From sequence record SRR20825006_271: a DNA stretch of 61,796 nucleotides. One strand, written 5' to 3'. Under the pieces are notes generated by a model that made no database searches, was not told the DNA's origin, and saw only the letters and a program-made list of their open reading frames with translations. Positions within the stretch are counted from its first letter, which is position 1; every line of letters begins with the position of its first letter. Of the stretch, positions 48,171 through 58,527 are shown in pieces. The translations under genes were made by a program, and so were the position numbers.

Positions 48171-48188
48171 GTGTCACTTCGGTGACAA
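48171..48188 (-). promoter_or_regulatory. Pho-box-like site upstream of TIM-barrel gene
   Basis: Minus strand TTGTCAC-CGAA-GTGACAC (7-4-7); also a palindrome. Confidence 0.45.
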
Positions 48189-48320
48189 ATTGCTGCCATG
48201 AGCTGCGGCGAAACTGAATTTGTGCGTTTGCATAAAACGGGTTTTGAAACGGGCTTAGCACTATGGTAGGGTTTGGCGGTTAAGATCGGTCTTAAGTTAA
48301 GTGTTTGGAGTAGCAGCAAA

Positions 48321-50219
48321 TTGTCTAATTTGGTGCGTAAGGGTTTTGCGGGAATTTCTGTCGTCGCGCTGCTGAGTATGGCCGCGGCGCCTGCAAGTGC
48401 GTTCAGTTTATCTCAATTGTGGCCATTCGGCGGAGGCGAAGCGCGGATCACCAGCGCTGCCAGTCTGGAGCCTGTGGCGGGCGAAGTGCGCTATGCAACG
48501 CAAATCCAAGTGGATAATGCCGATCTTGAACAAGTGATCGCCAATGCCTCGCTTCTGGTGAGTGATCAAGCTGAAGCGCCCGAAGATAGTGTGAGCCTTT
48601 TGACCCGCGCCAGAGTGGACCAAAAGCGCATTGTGGCCGCCATGTATGGCGAAGCTTATTATGGCGCGGTGCTGAAAATTTTGATCAATGGCACCCCGTT
48701 GGATCAGGTGCCGCTGGATGTGAACCTTGAAGGCAAAGCCACTCAAGTCACCATTCAAGTGGAAGCGGGGCCGCAATTTGTGTTCGCGACGCCAGATGTG
48801 CGCACCAATGGGCAGCCGCTGGTGGTTGCAGATTATGGTCTGCGTGCGGGCGATGTGGCTAAATCAGATGTGATTTTGGAGGCGCAAAACGCAATCCTGT
48901 CTGAATGGCGGGACAAGGGCTATGCCTTTGCTGAAGTGGTGGATCGGACCATTGAGGCAGACCACCGGACAAACCAACTTGATGTCACTTTGCGCATTGA
49001 AACGGGGCAGTTGGCCCATATCGGCAATGTGCGGGTTTCTGGCGCAAAAGATGTGCGCGAGCAGACCATTATTGAAATTGCAGATCTGCCGCGTGGCGAG
49101 ATTTATCGTCCGCAAATCACCAAGCGTGCAACGCGCAATTTGCAGGAATTGGGTGTGTTCAACAGCGTGGTGATCAAGCGCGAGCGCCGCGCGGATCGAC
49201 CCGATTTGGTTGATTTGAATATTGAAGTGAGTGAACGCAAGCCGCGCACCATTGGTGTAGGCGCCACAATCGGCAATACAGATGGGCTGGGCGTTGAAGG
49301 TTTCTGGGTGCACCGCAATTTGTTTGGCGGTGCAGAAAAAGTGCGGGTTGAAGGTTCGGTCAATCGTATCGGTCAAGGCGGGCTGGATCAGCTCGATTTC
49401 CATACAGCGCTGGTTTATTTTAAGCCCAATGCGTTTGGCCCCAAAACAAGCTTTGAAGGCAAAATCTCATTCGACATTGAGAACCCCAAGGCCTTCACCA
49501 AGCGCGGCGGTAAAATTGAAGCTAATTTGACGCATGATATTACGGACGAATTGAGTGTGCGTGGCGGTTTGACGGGCGAATATGCGGTGTTGACTGTGGA
49601 TGGCGTGACCACCAATCAGTCTATCGTTTCGGCCCCCTTTGAGTTGACATATGACACGCGCGATGACGCGCTTAATCCCACCGAAGGTATTTTTGCTGTT
49701 GCCTATGCAGAGCCGACCTACGCTTTTGACAGTGGTGCGCAATTTGTAAAAACTTCGGTGAAAGCCAGCACCTATTACGCTTTTGATGATGAAGCCAAAT
49801 TGGTTTTGGCGGGTCGCGCGGCGGCTGGTTCGATCATCGGTGCGGATTTGGCGGACGTGCCGGTGGACCGTCGGTTCTTTGCTGGGGGCGCAGGCTCTAT
49901 TCGTGGCTATGCCTTCCAAGCGGCCGGGCCGAGAACGGGCGCAGGCGTGCCCACTGGTGGGTTGTCATACTTCGAAACATCAGCAGAGGTGCGTTACAAA
50001 GCAACTGAGCAAATTGGCGTGGTTGGCTTTGTAGATATGGGCGGCGCCTTCACCTCGAATATACCGGGGCAGGGCGGCGATATTTATACCGGTGTTGGCG
50101 TTGGCGTGCGTTATTTGACGCCGCTTGGGCCGATCCGTGCAGATTTGGCGATCCCACTTAAAAATATTTCTGGGGAACCAAATTATGGCCTATATCTTGG
50201 TATAGGACAGGCTTTTTAA
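48321..50219 (+). CDS. tamA: Translocation and assembly module TamA (Omp85 family)
   Basis: Signal peptide, POTRA region, RFFAGGAGSIRGY, GVRYLTPLGPIRAD, C-terminal GQAF; start uncertain (48273-48333). Confidence 0.9.
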   Translation: MSNLVRKGFAGISVVALLSMAAAPASAFSLSQLWPFGGGEARITSAASLEPVAGEVRYATQIQVDNADLEQVIANASLLVSDQAEAPEDSVSLLTRARVDQKRIVAAMYGEAYYGAVLKILINGTPLDQVPLDVNLEGKATQVTIQVEAGPQFVFATPDVRTNGQPLVVADYGLRAGDVAKSDVILEAQNAILSEWRDKGYAFAEVVDRTIEADHRTNQLDVTLRIETGQLAHIGNVRVSGAKDVREQTIIEIADLPRGEIYRPQITKRATRNLQELGVFNSVVIKRERRADRPDLVDLNIEVSERKPRTIGVGATIGNTDGLGVEGFWVHRNLFGGAEKVRVEGSVNRIGQGGLDQLDFHTALVYFKPNAFGPKTSFEGKISFDIENPKAFTKRGGKIEANLTHDITDELSVRGGLTGEYAVLTVDGVTTNQSIVSAPFELTYDTRDDALNPTEGIFAVAYAEPTYAFDSGAQFVKTSVKASTYYAFDDEAKLVLAGRAAAGSIIGADLADVPVDRRFFAGGAGSIRGYAFQAAGPRTGAGVPTGGLSYFETSAEVRYKATEQIGVVGFVDMGGAFTSNIPGQGGDIYTGVGVGVRYLTPLGPIRADLAIPLKNISGEPNYGLYLGIGQAF

Positions 50220-50262
50220 CCTAAAGCCGTCTGACCGCAGGATTTAGCCGAAGGCCTTCCGT

Positions 50263-53200
50263 ATGAATGCAGCAAAAAAATGGATTTGGCGGATCACGCT
50301 GCCCCTTTTGGTGGCGGTGGTTTTGGCGCTGGGCGCCATTTCGTTTTTGCTGCTCACATCGCCTGGGCGCGATTTTACCGGAAATTACATTGCAAACACC
50401 GTGAGCAATGAAGCGCAGCAGGTGGAAATCACCGGCCTGAAGCAAGTGCTGGGCGACAAATTGCGGATCGATCAAGTTCGGCTGAGCGATGTGGACGGCG
50501 TATGGGCAGAGCTCAATGATGTGCAGTTGGATTATCAACTGGGCCAGCTCTTTTCGCGTCGGCTGATGCTGGATCGATTGGCGGTAGCTAAAGTGCAGCT
50601 TTATCGATTGCCCAAAGCACCAGAAAACCAAGATGTGCCTGCATCTCCCCTCGCATTTCCCGAACAGTTTTTACCTGATCCCTTGCGGGCTGCGGATATT
50701 GATCAAATTTCGATTGATGAAATTGTGCTGGACGAACCCGTGCTGGGCACAGCGCGACGCTTGGCGCTAAGCGGCAATGTGGATGCGCAAAATGTGCCGC
50801 TAAACACTCATGGTGAATTGCGGTTGATTTCGCTTGATCGTAATGCGCCGATTTTGGATGCCGACTGGACCATCGCGCCAAATGAAGATGGTTTTGGCCT
50901 TACGCTGGCCATTGATGAGCCGGGCGAAGGCTTGTTTGCTGATCTGATCGATATTCCCGGTCGTCCTGCATTTGAAGCGCGTATTGCGACCAGCGGACCA
51001 TTGTCCAACCTCAAAGCAGATTTGAGCGCATCATTGGATGGGCGCGAAGCAGTTAAAGGTGCGCTTGTTGTGTCCCTAACTGGTGAACAACAGGGGCTTC
51101 AAGCTGAGTTGGTGGGGCAATTGGCACCGTTTATGCCTGATATGCTGGTGCCATTTGTGGCAGGGCAATCGCAGCTCAATATTGATGCGGTGCGTCGCGG
51201 TGACAATGAATTTGATGTGCGCAGCGCTCGGTTCCGCTCCGCCCTGACGCAAATTGAAGCGCGCGGCACCTATGCGGCGGATGCAGTTGATTTGTCGCTG
51301 ACTGGACAATTTGGTGATGAGGAAACCGAAGTCGCATTCTCGCCCGATGGCGAGACTGAAATGCGCTTGGGTGCTGTCAATTTGAATGGCCAATTAAGCG
51401 GTGCGTTGTCCGCCGCCGATTTGGTGTTGAGCGGGCGCGTGGCGCAATTGAATAGCGCCGACGCAAGCTTTGAGGATGCACAGTTCAACGTTCGCGCTTC
51501 TGCCTTCGATCTGAATGAGCGGCAGGGAAATTTGGATGTGACCGCCAAAATGGCATCTGCCCAATTGCAAAATCCGCAGATTGATCCGCTGCTGGCGGGG
51601 CCAATCAGTTTGGCAACGACCTTAAAGATTTCGCCGGATCAATATCAATTTGAGGACTTGAGGCTTGAAAGCGCGGCTATGGCGGCGCGAGGTAAGGGCA
51701 GTTTTGAGCCTGAAACACAAAATCTAATCGCGGAACTTAATGCCGATATCGCGCCGCAGCAGGATGGGATTTATGGCCAGTTGTTCGCCAATGGCACCGG
51801 GCAAATTGAAGTGCGTTTGGTGCGCGATGGGCAAAAGCTTGCTGCTGAGCGGTTGGTCGTGGGCAGCGGTAATTTGAATGCTGAATTGGCTGCGGAATTG
51901 ACGGCAGAAGGCCTTGGCGCAAAGGGCAATGTTGGCTTTGCCAAGCTATCTGCATTTGATCCGCGCCTTGAAGGACAAGCCAAGTTTGATCTTGAAGCTA
52001 GCGGTGCGTTGAACAATCCGCAGGTCAAGTTGCAATTGGCCAGCCAGGGTGTGCAGCTTGAAGGTGAGCCGCTGGAAGATTTAAGCGGCACAATTGAAGG
52101 TGGCTTAACGGATGGGATCAAACTGGCGCTAAATGCCACTTATCGGCAGTCGCCTGTTGAGGTTCAGGCCGAATATATTCAGCAAGAAGACGGTCGGCAA
52201 TTGCTGCGAAATGTGAAGGCCAATGTGCCCGGTGGTCGTGCCGAGGGGGCGTTGGTTATATCAGGCGATGGCTTGTTGGAAGGTAGCTTTGCGCTAGCTG
52301 TCGCCGATTTGAAAGAGTTGGCGCCGCTGCTGTTGCAAGAAGGGCTGGCCGGTAATCTCAATGGCAAATTGGTGCTGGATGCTACCGATGGTCAGCAGAA
52401 TGTGCAGTTTGAAGCTTCGGCAGATGAATTGTCTATGGCGACAGCGAAGGCGCAGAATGTGCAAATCGGCGCGCGGGCAAATGACCTATTTGGTACGCCA
52501 ATTCTCGACGGTACGGTTCGGGTTGAAACAGTGCGTGCCGCCAATGAACGGCTATCGGATGTGCGATTTGATCTGCGTAGCGAAGGGCAAAATTACCCGT
52601 TTGTTTTGCAAGCCGAATATGAAGGTGATCAGTTGCGTGCAGCGGGCAATGGCGCCTTGGGCGACGATGGATTTGCCCTCAATTTGGCAGAATTTTCAGG
52701 TCGGTATCAGAATGTGCCGCTGGAGTTGATACAGGTCGCGACACTTACACCTGCAGATAATGGGTTTGATCTGGCGCTGCCGGGGTTAACCGTTGGTTCA
52801 GGGCGTGTTTCTGCGAATGGCCAGATTGGCGATCAGCTTAATCTTGAGGCACAATTGGATGATTTTCCGCTGAATTTGATCGAGAACTTTGCCAGCACTG
52901 GGCAAGCGATTGAAGGCAATTTGACGGGTCGCGCGACAATCACTGGCAGTGCCTCGGCACCCAAAGTAGATTATCGCTATCAGGCCAATGGGTTTTCTGT
53001 TGCGCTAAGCCGCAGCAATCAATTGTCATCGCTCAGCCTTTCCGGTTCTGGCACATTCGCCAACAATCAATTGTCGATGCAAAATGATATTCAAGGCGGT
53101 GGCGCATCGGCTCGTGCCAACGGTAATATCAATCTGGCATCCAATGCCTTGAACATTGATGTAGCCGGGCAGTTACCCTTTGAATATTTGGCGCAACCCT

Positions 53201-54447
53201 TGTCTCGGGCAGGGCTGCGGCTGACGGGTGCGGCCTCAATCAATGCAAAGATTACGGGCAGCACTGCTGTGCCGCGTTATCAAGGGCAAGTGAACACCAG
53301 CGGTGCGCGCCTATTGGATGTAGCATCAAAAATTTCGGTTTCGAATATTGAAGCCAATATTGCGCTTAACAATGATCGGGCACAGGTGGTGCAGTTGAAC
53401 GGCACAATTGGCGGTGGCGGCCAATTGTCCGTGACAGGCGAAACCTCTCTAAGACCCGCAGAGAACCTGCAAAGCAATTATGATATTCGTGTGCGCAATG
53501 GCTCATATGAAGATGGCACATTGTCGACGCAGTTTAATGCGGATTTGCGGCTGACAGGACCGCTGGCCACCGGCGGTTCAATTGGCGGCGTTGCCAATAT
53601 TGATCAAGCCAGCATCATCATTCCAGAGCAGTTGGGTGGCGGCGTGTCGCCAGTTGATATTCAACATAAAGGCGCTTCCGGCGCGGTGCAGCAACAGGCG
53701 GTTGAACTGGCGCCGAAGCCTGCCGCGAGTGGCGGTAGCGGTGGCGGCATGAATTTGGATATTCAAGTGAATGCGCCGCGACGTATCTATGTGCGCGGTC
53801 GTGGTGTGGATGCTGAGTTGGGCGGGCAATTGCGTATTTTGGGCACCACAGGCAATCCATCGCCATCCGGGCAAATCAGCCTGATGCGTGGCCGCGTGGA
53901 TCTGTTGACCAAGCGGTTCGACTTTGACACCGGGCAAGTCATTTTCCGCGGCACCATGGACCCTTCATTGAACTTCAGCGCCAGCACGCGAAGCGATGGT
54001 TATATTTATTCGATCATTGTGCAGGGCTATGCGTCTTCGCCGGAATTTTCATTCCAATCCTCGCCAAGCCTGCCGCAGGATGAAGTGGTGGCCAATCTGT
54101 TCTTTGGCAAAAGCTTGGGCGAACTCTCTCCGCTGCAATTGGCGCAATTAGCGAATGCTGTGGCCACGTTGAATGGCTCCAATTCTGGTCCCGGATTGCT
54201 GGATCGCTTGCGCTCTTTGGCGGGGGTCGACAATATCGACATTAAGAGCAATGAGCAGGGCGAAACCACTGTTGGCATTGGCGGTTATCTCAATGATCGC
54301 ACCTATATAAATGTTGAAAAAGGCACCAAGGCTGCCGACGATAAGGTGACGATTGATTTGGAGATCACCGATAGTTTGAAAGCGCGTGGTGAGACTTCGG
54401 GTGATGGAAACACTGAAGCGGGTATCTTTTTCGAGAGAGATTATTAG
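50263..54447 (+). CDS. tamB: Translocation and assembly module TamB
   Basis: 1394 aa, N-terminal TM anchor, beta-rich body, DUF490-like C-terminus (VRGRGVDAELGG, S.PSLPQDEV, FFERDY). Confidence 0.9.
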   Translation: MNAAKKWIWRITLPLLVAVVLALGAISFLLLTSPGRDFTGNYIANTVSNEAQQVEITGLKQVLGDKLRIDQVRLSDVDGVWAELNDVQLDYQLGQLFSRRLMLDRLAVAKVQLYRLPKAPENQDVPASPLAFPEQFLPDPLRAADIDQISIDEIVLDEPVLGTARRLALSGNVDAQNVPLNTHGELRLISLDRNAPILDADWTIAPNEDGFGLTLAIDEPGEGLFADLIDIPGRPAFEARIATSGPLSNLKADLSASLDGREAVKGALVVSLTGEQQGLQAELVGQLAPFMPDMLVPFVAGQSQLNIDAVRRGDNEFDVRSARFRSALTQIEARGTYAADAVDLSLTGQFGDEETEVAFSPDGETEMRLGAVNLNGQLSGALSAADLVLSGRVAQLNSADASFEDAQFNVRASAFDLNERQGNLDVTAKMASAQLQNPQIDPLLAGPISLATTLKISPDQYQFEDLRLESAAMAARGKGSFEPETQNLIAELNADIAPQQDGIYGQLFANGTGQIEVRLVRDGQKLAAERLVVGSGNLNAELAAELTAEGLGAKGNVGFAKLSAFDPRLEGQAKFDLEASGALNNPQVKLQLASQGVQLEGEPLEDLSGTIEGGLTDGIKLALNATYRQSPVEVQAEYIQQEDGRQLLRNVKANVPGGRAEGALVISGDGLLEGSFALAVADLKELAPLLLQEGLAGNLNGKLVLDATDGQQNVQFEASADELSMATAKAQNVQIGARANDLFGTPILDGTVRVETVRAANERLSDVRFDLRSEGQNYPFVLQAEYEGDQLRAAGNGALGDDGFALNLAEFSGRYQNVPLELIQVATLTPADNGFDLALPGLTVGSGRVSANGQIGDQLNLEAQLDDFPLNLIENFASTGQAIEGNLTGRATITGSASAPKVDYRYQANGFSVALSRSNQLSSLSLSGSGTFANNQLSMQNDIQGGGASARANGNINLASNALNIDVAGQLPFEYLAQPLSRAGLRLTGAASINAKITGSTAVPRYQGQVNTSGARLLDVASKISVSNIEANIALNNDRAQVVQLNGTIGGGGQLSVTGETSLRPAENLQSNYDIRVRNGSYEDGTLSTQFNADLRLTGPLATGGSIGGVANIDQASIIIPEQLGGGVSPVDIQHKGASGAVQQQAVELAPKPAASGGSGGGMNLDIQVNAPRRIYVRGRGVDAELGGQLRILGTTGNPSPSGQISLMRGRVDLLTKRFDFDTGQVIFRGTMDPSLNFSASTRSDGYIYSIIVQGYASSPEFSFQSSPSLPQDEVVANLFFGKSLGELSPLQLAQLANAVATLNGSNSGPGLLDRLRSLAGVDNIDIKSNEQGETTVGIGGYLNDRTYINVEKGTKAADDKVTIDLEITDSLKARGETSGDGNTEAGIFFERDY

Positions 54448-54495
54448 ACCTCGCCGGAGTTGATTATTGCCGCTGATCTGCGTACCAGTTGTGCC

Positions 54496-54843
54496 ATGAT
54501 AATTCTCGACAACATCATTTCAGATCGCGGATCAAAATATGCGGTTTCGGGCGGCCCCTGCCATTCTGCAGATGAGGCAAAAGCTTTCATCAAAGAACTG
54601 AAACGCAAGAAGAAATTCGCAAAGGCCACGCACAACACGTGGGCGGTGATCTGCGGTGAGGAAGAGATTAAAAATGATGATGGCGAGAGCGGCGCGGGCA
54701 TGATCATTCTGCAAATGCTGGCGCGGGAAGAATTGCAAAATCACATCATTGTGGTGACGCGCTGGTATGGCGGCAAACATTTGGGTGGCGATCGGTTTCG
54801 CCATGTGAAGGATGCCGTTCGGCTCTATTTGGATGAGCTTTAG
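54496..54843 (+). CDS. YigZ/IMPACT (UPF0029) single-domain protein
   Basis: DRGSKY, ATHNTWA, DDGESGAG, VVTRWYGG.HLG..RF. Confidence 0.88.
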   Translation: MIILDNIISDRGSKYAVSGGPCHSADEAKAFIKELKRKKKFAKATHNTWAVICGEEEIKNDDGESGAGMIILQMLAREELQNHIIVVTRWYGGKHLGGDRFRHVKDAVRLYLDEL

Positions 54844-54856
54844 AGTTTAGAAAACT

Positions 54857-55729
54857 CTAGGTAAATTTCCGGAAAAATTTAGTGCGGTCAAACATGACCT
54901 CCAACTCTTCCATCCGCTGGCGGGTTTTGGGCCAGGTGCGGGTTTGCACATCGGCAATAATAGTTTCCACCACCAGCATTGTTGTCACCGAACTGTCCCA
55001 TGCTGACGGCACAACGATTTTCACACTGAAAGTGTGGTCCGCCAATTTGGCGATGGGCGAGTGCCACTGATCCGTGAACAGGATGATTTTTGCGCCGGCT
55101 TCGGCGGCCATTTCGGCGAGGCGCAAGGTGCTGGTTTCGTAGCGGCGCACGTCAAAAATGACGATCACGTCATCCTTCTTCATATCGAGAAGATAGTGCG
55201 GCCACGCATTTGAAATGGCTTGGATGTGAGTCACATCCTCGCGCAGCACTTGCATGTGCAAGAAGAAATAGTCGGCCAAAGACCGGGTGATGCGCCCGCC
55301 TACGATAAACAGGGATCGCTTTGTGTCTGCCAGCAGCGCGCAGGTTTGGTCAAATGTTTCAATATCCAATTGGCCAAGGGAATGGCGGATATTTTCAATC
55401 ACCGCATCGGTGAATTTGTTAACGATGTGCTCGTTTGGCGCTTGGCCTGCCCATGTGTCGTGCTTGGCAATCGGGTCGGAGATGGTTGCCTCCACCTCGT
55501 TGCGCAAAGCGGCTTGAAATTCCGGGAAACCTGAGAAGCCGATTTTCTTCACCAAGCGGGCGACCGTTGGGGTGGAGACCCCCGCATTTTTCGCGACAGC
55601 CGTGATCGAGCCAAGGCCTGAAACAGGATAGTTCACCAAAATAGATTGGGAAAGCTGGCGCTCTGCGCGCGTCAGATTGTCGGCATTGTTTTGCAACAAT
55701 TCGGCGACTGTGCTGGTGCTTTTTGACAC
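54857..55729 (-). CDS. RpiR/MurR-family transcriptional regulator
   Basis: LTRAERQL, AGVSTPTVARLVKKIGFSGFPEFQ, SIS domain (TDQWHSP). Confidence 0.92.
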   Translation of the reverse strand: MSKSTSTVAELLQNNADNLTRAERQLSQSILVNYPVSGLGSITAVAKNAGVSTPTVARLVKKIGFSGFPEFQAALRNEVEATISDPIAKHDTWAGQAPNEHIVNKFTDAVIENIRHSLGQLDIETFDQTCALLADTKRSLFIVGGRITRSLADYFFLHMQVLREDVTHIQAISNAWPHYLLDMKKDDVIVIFDVRRYETSTLRLAEMAAEAGAKIILFTDQWHSPIAKLADHTFSVKIVVPSAWDSSVTTMLVVETIIADVQTRTWPKTRQRMEELEVMFDRTKFFRKFT

Positions 55730-55775
55730 GACAATTTCTCCGTTTCTCTTGGTTTATCAACAATCGAAATGAATA

Positions 55776-55864
55776 TGAAGAAAAGATTTCAGAAAAGATA
55801 TTGACAGGCGATTGGGTTTTGAAGAAAAATGTACAGAAGAGGGGTGGATGTGAATATTTCTTCA
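55776..55864. promoter_or_regulatory. Three related 16-bp operator candidates plus TTGACA -35 (55801-55806)
   Basis: TGAAGAAAAGATTTCA (55776), TGAAGAAAAATGTACA (55820), and on the minus strand TGAAGAAATATTCACA (55849-55864). Confidence 0.55.
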
Positions 55865-55879
55865 GAAAAATCGAAAAAC

Positions 55880-56644
55880 ATGAATACTGATTTTGAGGCT
55901 GTACGGCTGGAGAACCCAGACGGCACATCGCCTGTGCTTTTAATTTGTGAACATGCGTCAAACCATTTCCCACCTCAGTTTAACGGGCTGGGCCTGAGCC
56001 AAGAGGTGCAGCAAAGCCACGTGGCATGGGACCCGGGCGCCTATGCTGTGATGCAGCGGATGGGCGAAATTCTTGATGCCAAAATGATTTCTGGCGGCGT
56101 TTCCCGCTTAATCTACGATTGTAATCGCCCGCCAGAGGCCGTGGATGCCGTGCCGGTGAAAAGCGAGATTTATGATGTGCCGGGCAATCGCGATCTAAGC
56201 GTTGATGCCTATATGGCGCGCGTGTCGCAATGCTACACGCCGTTCCATAAACAAGTTGCTCAAGCCATTAGCTGGGCCAAAGTGCCGCCTGTGCTGGTGA
56301 CAATTCACAGTTTCACTCCGGTGTATTTTGGCGAGCAACGGGCCACCGAAATTGGCATTTTGCACGATGAAGATTCCCGCCTAGCAGATGCGATGTTGGC
56401 CCATGCTGAACAAATGTCAGCGATGAAGATTGAGCGGAACGAGCCTTACGGCCCCGAAGATGGGGTGACCTATACACTGCAGCGCCACGGCATTGAGCAT
56501 AAGCTTTTGAACGTGATGATCGAAGTGCGCAATGATTTGATTAAAACTGAAGCGCAGCAAGATGAAATGGCGCAACTGCTCTCGGATATGGTGCAACGGG
56601 CTTTGAATACCCTTGATGAAATTAGCGCGGGGGAGGCGAGCTAA
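55880..56644 (+). CDS. N-formylglutamate amidohydrolase-family protein
   Basis: CEHASN, SHVAWDPGA, SRLIYDCNRP, IHSFTP, NEPY, MIEVRNDLI. Confidence 0.9.
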   Translation: MNTDFEAVRLENPDGTSPVLLICEHASNHFPPQFNGLGLSQEVQQSHVAWDPGAYAVMQRMGEILDAKMISGGVSRLIYDCNRPPEAVDAVPVKSEIYDVPGNRDLSVDAYMARVSQCYTPFHKQVAQAISWAKVPPVLVTIHSFTPVYFGEQRATEIGILHDEDSRLADAMLAHAEQMSAMKIERNEPYGPEDGVTYTLQRHGIEHKLLNVMIEVRNDLIKTEAQQDEMAQLLSDMVQRALNTLDEISAGEAS

Positions 56645-57150
56645 TGATGTCATTTATGGGCAAATATGTCCGCATTATTGATGCGATCAATTATCGAATG
56701 GGTCGCATCATGATGTATTTTATCTTTGTGATGGTGGCCATTTTGTTGTGGTCTTCTATCTCAAAAACTTTCTTTTTGCCTTCGCTTTGGACCTTGGAAA
56801 TGGCCCAGTTTGCGATGGTTGCCTATTATATTTTGGGTGGGCCTTATGCCCTGCAAAAAGGGGCGAATGTGCGCATGGATTTGTTCTATGGCACCTGGTC
56901 AGACAAGCGGAAAGCGCAGGTGGACGCGATTACCGTTTTGTTTTTGATCTTTTATCTCGGTGTCATGCTCTATGGCGCCTATGACAGCACCAGCTATTCC
57001 TTCCAATATGGCGAACGAAGCCCAACCGCTTGGCGCCCTTATCTTTGGCCAATCAAAGTTGTGATGTGTTTTGGCATTTTCATGATGTTGCTGCAGTCCA
57101 TTTCGGAACTGTTCAAAGACATTGCCACCCTTAAAGGAGTGAAGCTCTAA
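56644..57150 (+). CDS. dctQ: TRAP transporter small permease
   Basis: 4 TM, NVRMDLFY motif. Confidence 0.9.
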   Translation: MMSFMGKYVRIIDAINYRMGRIMMYFIFVMVAILLWSSISKTFFLPSLWTLEMAQFAMVAYYILGGPYALQKGANVRMDLFYGTWSDKRKAQVDAITVLFLIFYLGVMLYGAYDSTSYSFQYGERSPTAWRPYLWPIKVVMCFGIFMMLLQSISELFKDIATLKGVKL

Positions 57151-58472
57151 TGCCTTATGAGTTGATTGCCATCTTTATGTTTGCCTCGATGATGCTGATG
57201 CTGATGACCGGGCAACGCGTTTTTGGGGCGATTGGCGCAGTGGCGGCAGTTGCAGCGCTTTTCCTGTGGGGAACAGGCGGGTCTGATATTCCGTTCGCAT
57301 CGGCCATGAAGCTGATGAAATGGTATCCGCTCTTAACCCTGCCCATGTTCATCTTTATGGGCTATGTGCTTTCGGAATCCAAAATTGCTGACGATCTTTA
57401 CCGCATGTTCCATGTGTGGATGGGGCCGATCAATGGCGGGTTGGCCATCGGCACCATCGGCTTGATGGTGCTGGTGTCTGCGATGAATGGCCTGTCGGTT
57501 GCCGGCATGGCAATTGGCGCGACCATTGCGCTGCCTGAATTGCTCCGTCGCGGCTATGACAAGAAGATGGTGACAGGCGTTATTCAAGCTGGGTCGTCGC
57601 TGGGCATTTTGGTGCCGCCTTCAGTGGTGTTGGTGCTCTATGCGATGATTGCGCGGGCACCTGTTGGCCAATTGTGGTTGGCGGGCGTGGTGCCGGGTTT
57701 GATTATGGCGGCCCTATTCATCCTCTATATCTATATTCGCTGTCGCATTCAGCCAGAGCTTGGCCCTGCGCTGAAACAAGAAGATCGCGATGTGACCACG
57801 GCTGAAAAATATCGGTTGTTGGGCGCAGGTGTGCTGCCGATCGTAATTTTTGCCGCGATGATGGTGCCATTTATCAATGGCTGGACCAGCCTCGTGGAAA
57901 GCTCTGCTATCGGCGCGATGACGGCTTTCCTGGCGGCGGTCGTGAAACGTCGTATGACGCGAGAAGTGTTTGAAACGTCGGTGCGCCAGACTTTGTTGAT
58001 TTCGTGCATGTTTATGTGGATCATTTTGGCGGCTTTGGGCTTTGGTGCGGTGTTTGACGGGTTGGGCGCAGTGCGCGCTATTGAAAACCTGTTCACCGAG
58101 CAATTGGGGCTCAACCCCTGGGTGATCCTGATCATCATGCAGCTTTCATTTTTGCTGATGGGCACATTCTTGGATGACACGGCGATGCTGGTGATCGTGG
58201 CGCCGCTTTATGTGCCGCTGGTGGCCGCACTTGGCTTCGATCTGGTTTGGTATGGCGTTCTGTACACCATCACCACGCAGATCGCTTATATGACGCCGCC
58301 CTTCGGCTACAACCTCTTTTTGATGCGGGCGATGGCGCCGCCTGAGATCACGCTGAAAGACATTTATGGCTCGATCTTGCCGTTTGTGTTGGTGATGCTG
58401 CTGGCGCTTGGGTTGATCATGGCATTCCCGCAATTGGCGCTTTGGCTGCCAGAAACAGTCTACGGAAAATAA
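57150..58472 (+). CDS. dctM: TRAP transporter large permease
   Basis: LPMFIFMG, LGILVPPS, GTFLD, MTPPFG. Confidence 0.93.
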   Translation: MPYELIAIFMFASMMLMLMTGQRVFGAIGAVAAVAALFLWGTGGSDIPFASAMKLMKWYPLLTLPMFIFMGYVLSESKIADDLYRMFHVWMGPINGGLAIGTIGLMVLVSAMNGLSVAGMAIGATIALPELLRRGYDKKMVTGVIQAGSSLGILVPPSVVLVLYAMIARAPVGQLWLAGVVPGLIMAALFILYIYIRCRIQPELGPALKQEDRDVTTAEKYRLLGAGVLPIVIFAAMMVPFINGWTSLVESSAIGAMTAFLAAVVKRRMTREVFETSVRQTLLISCMFMWIILAALGFGAVFDGLGAVRAIENLFTEQLGLNPWVILIIMQLSFLLMGTFLDDTAMLVIVAPLYVPLVAALGFDLVWYGVLYTITTQIAYMTPPFGYNLFLMRAMAPPEITLKDIYGSILPFVLVMLLALGLIMAFPQLALWLPETVYGK

Positions 58473-58527
58473 CTCAATAATAAGACCCAGAAAATGGGCA
58501 CTAAACGCTTCAAACAAGGAGAAGGAA

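Noticed and set aside
54496-54843. Truncated yigZ pseudogene
   Set aside because: All UPF0029 motifs are present with a clean stop; single-domain forms are plausible
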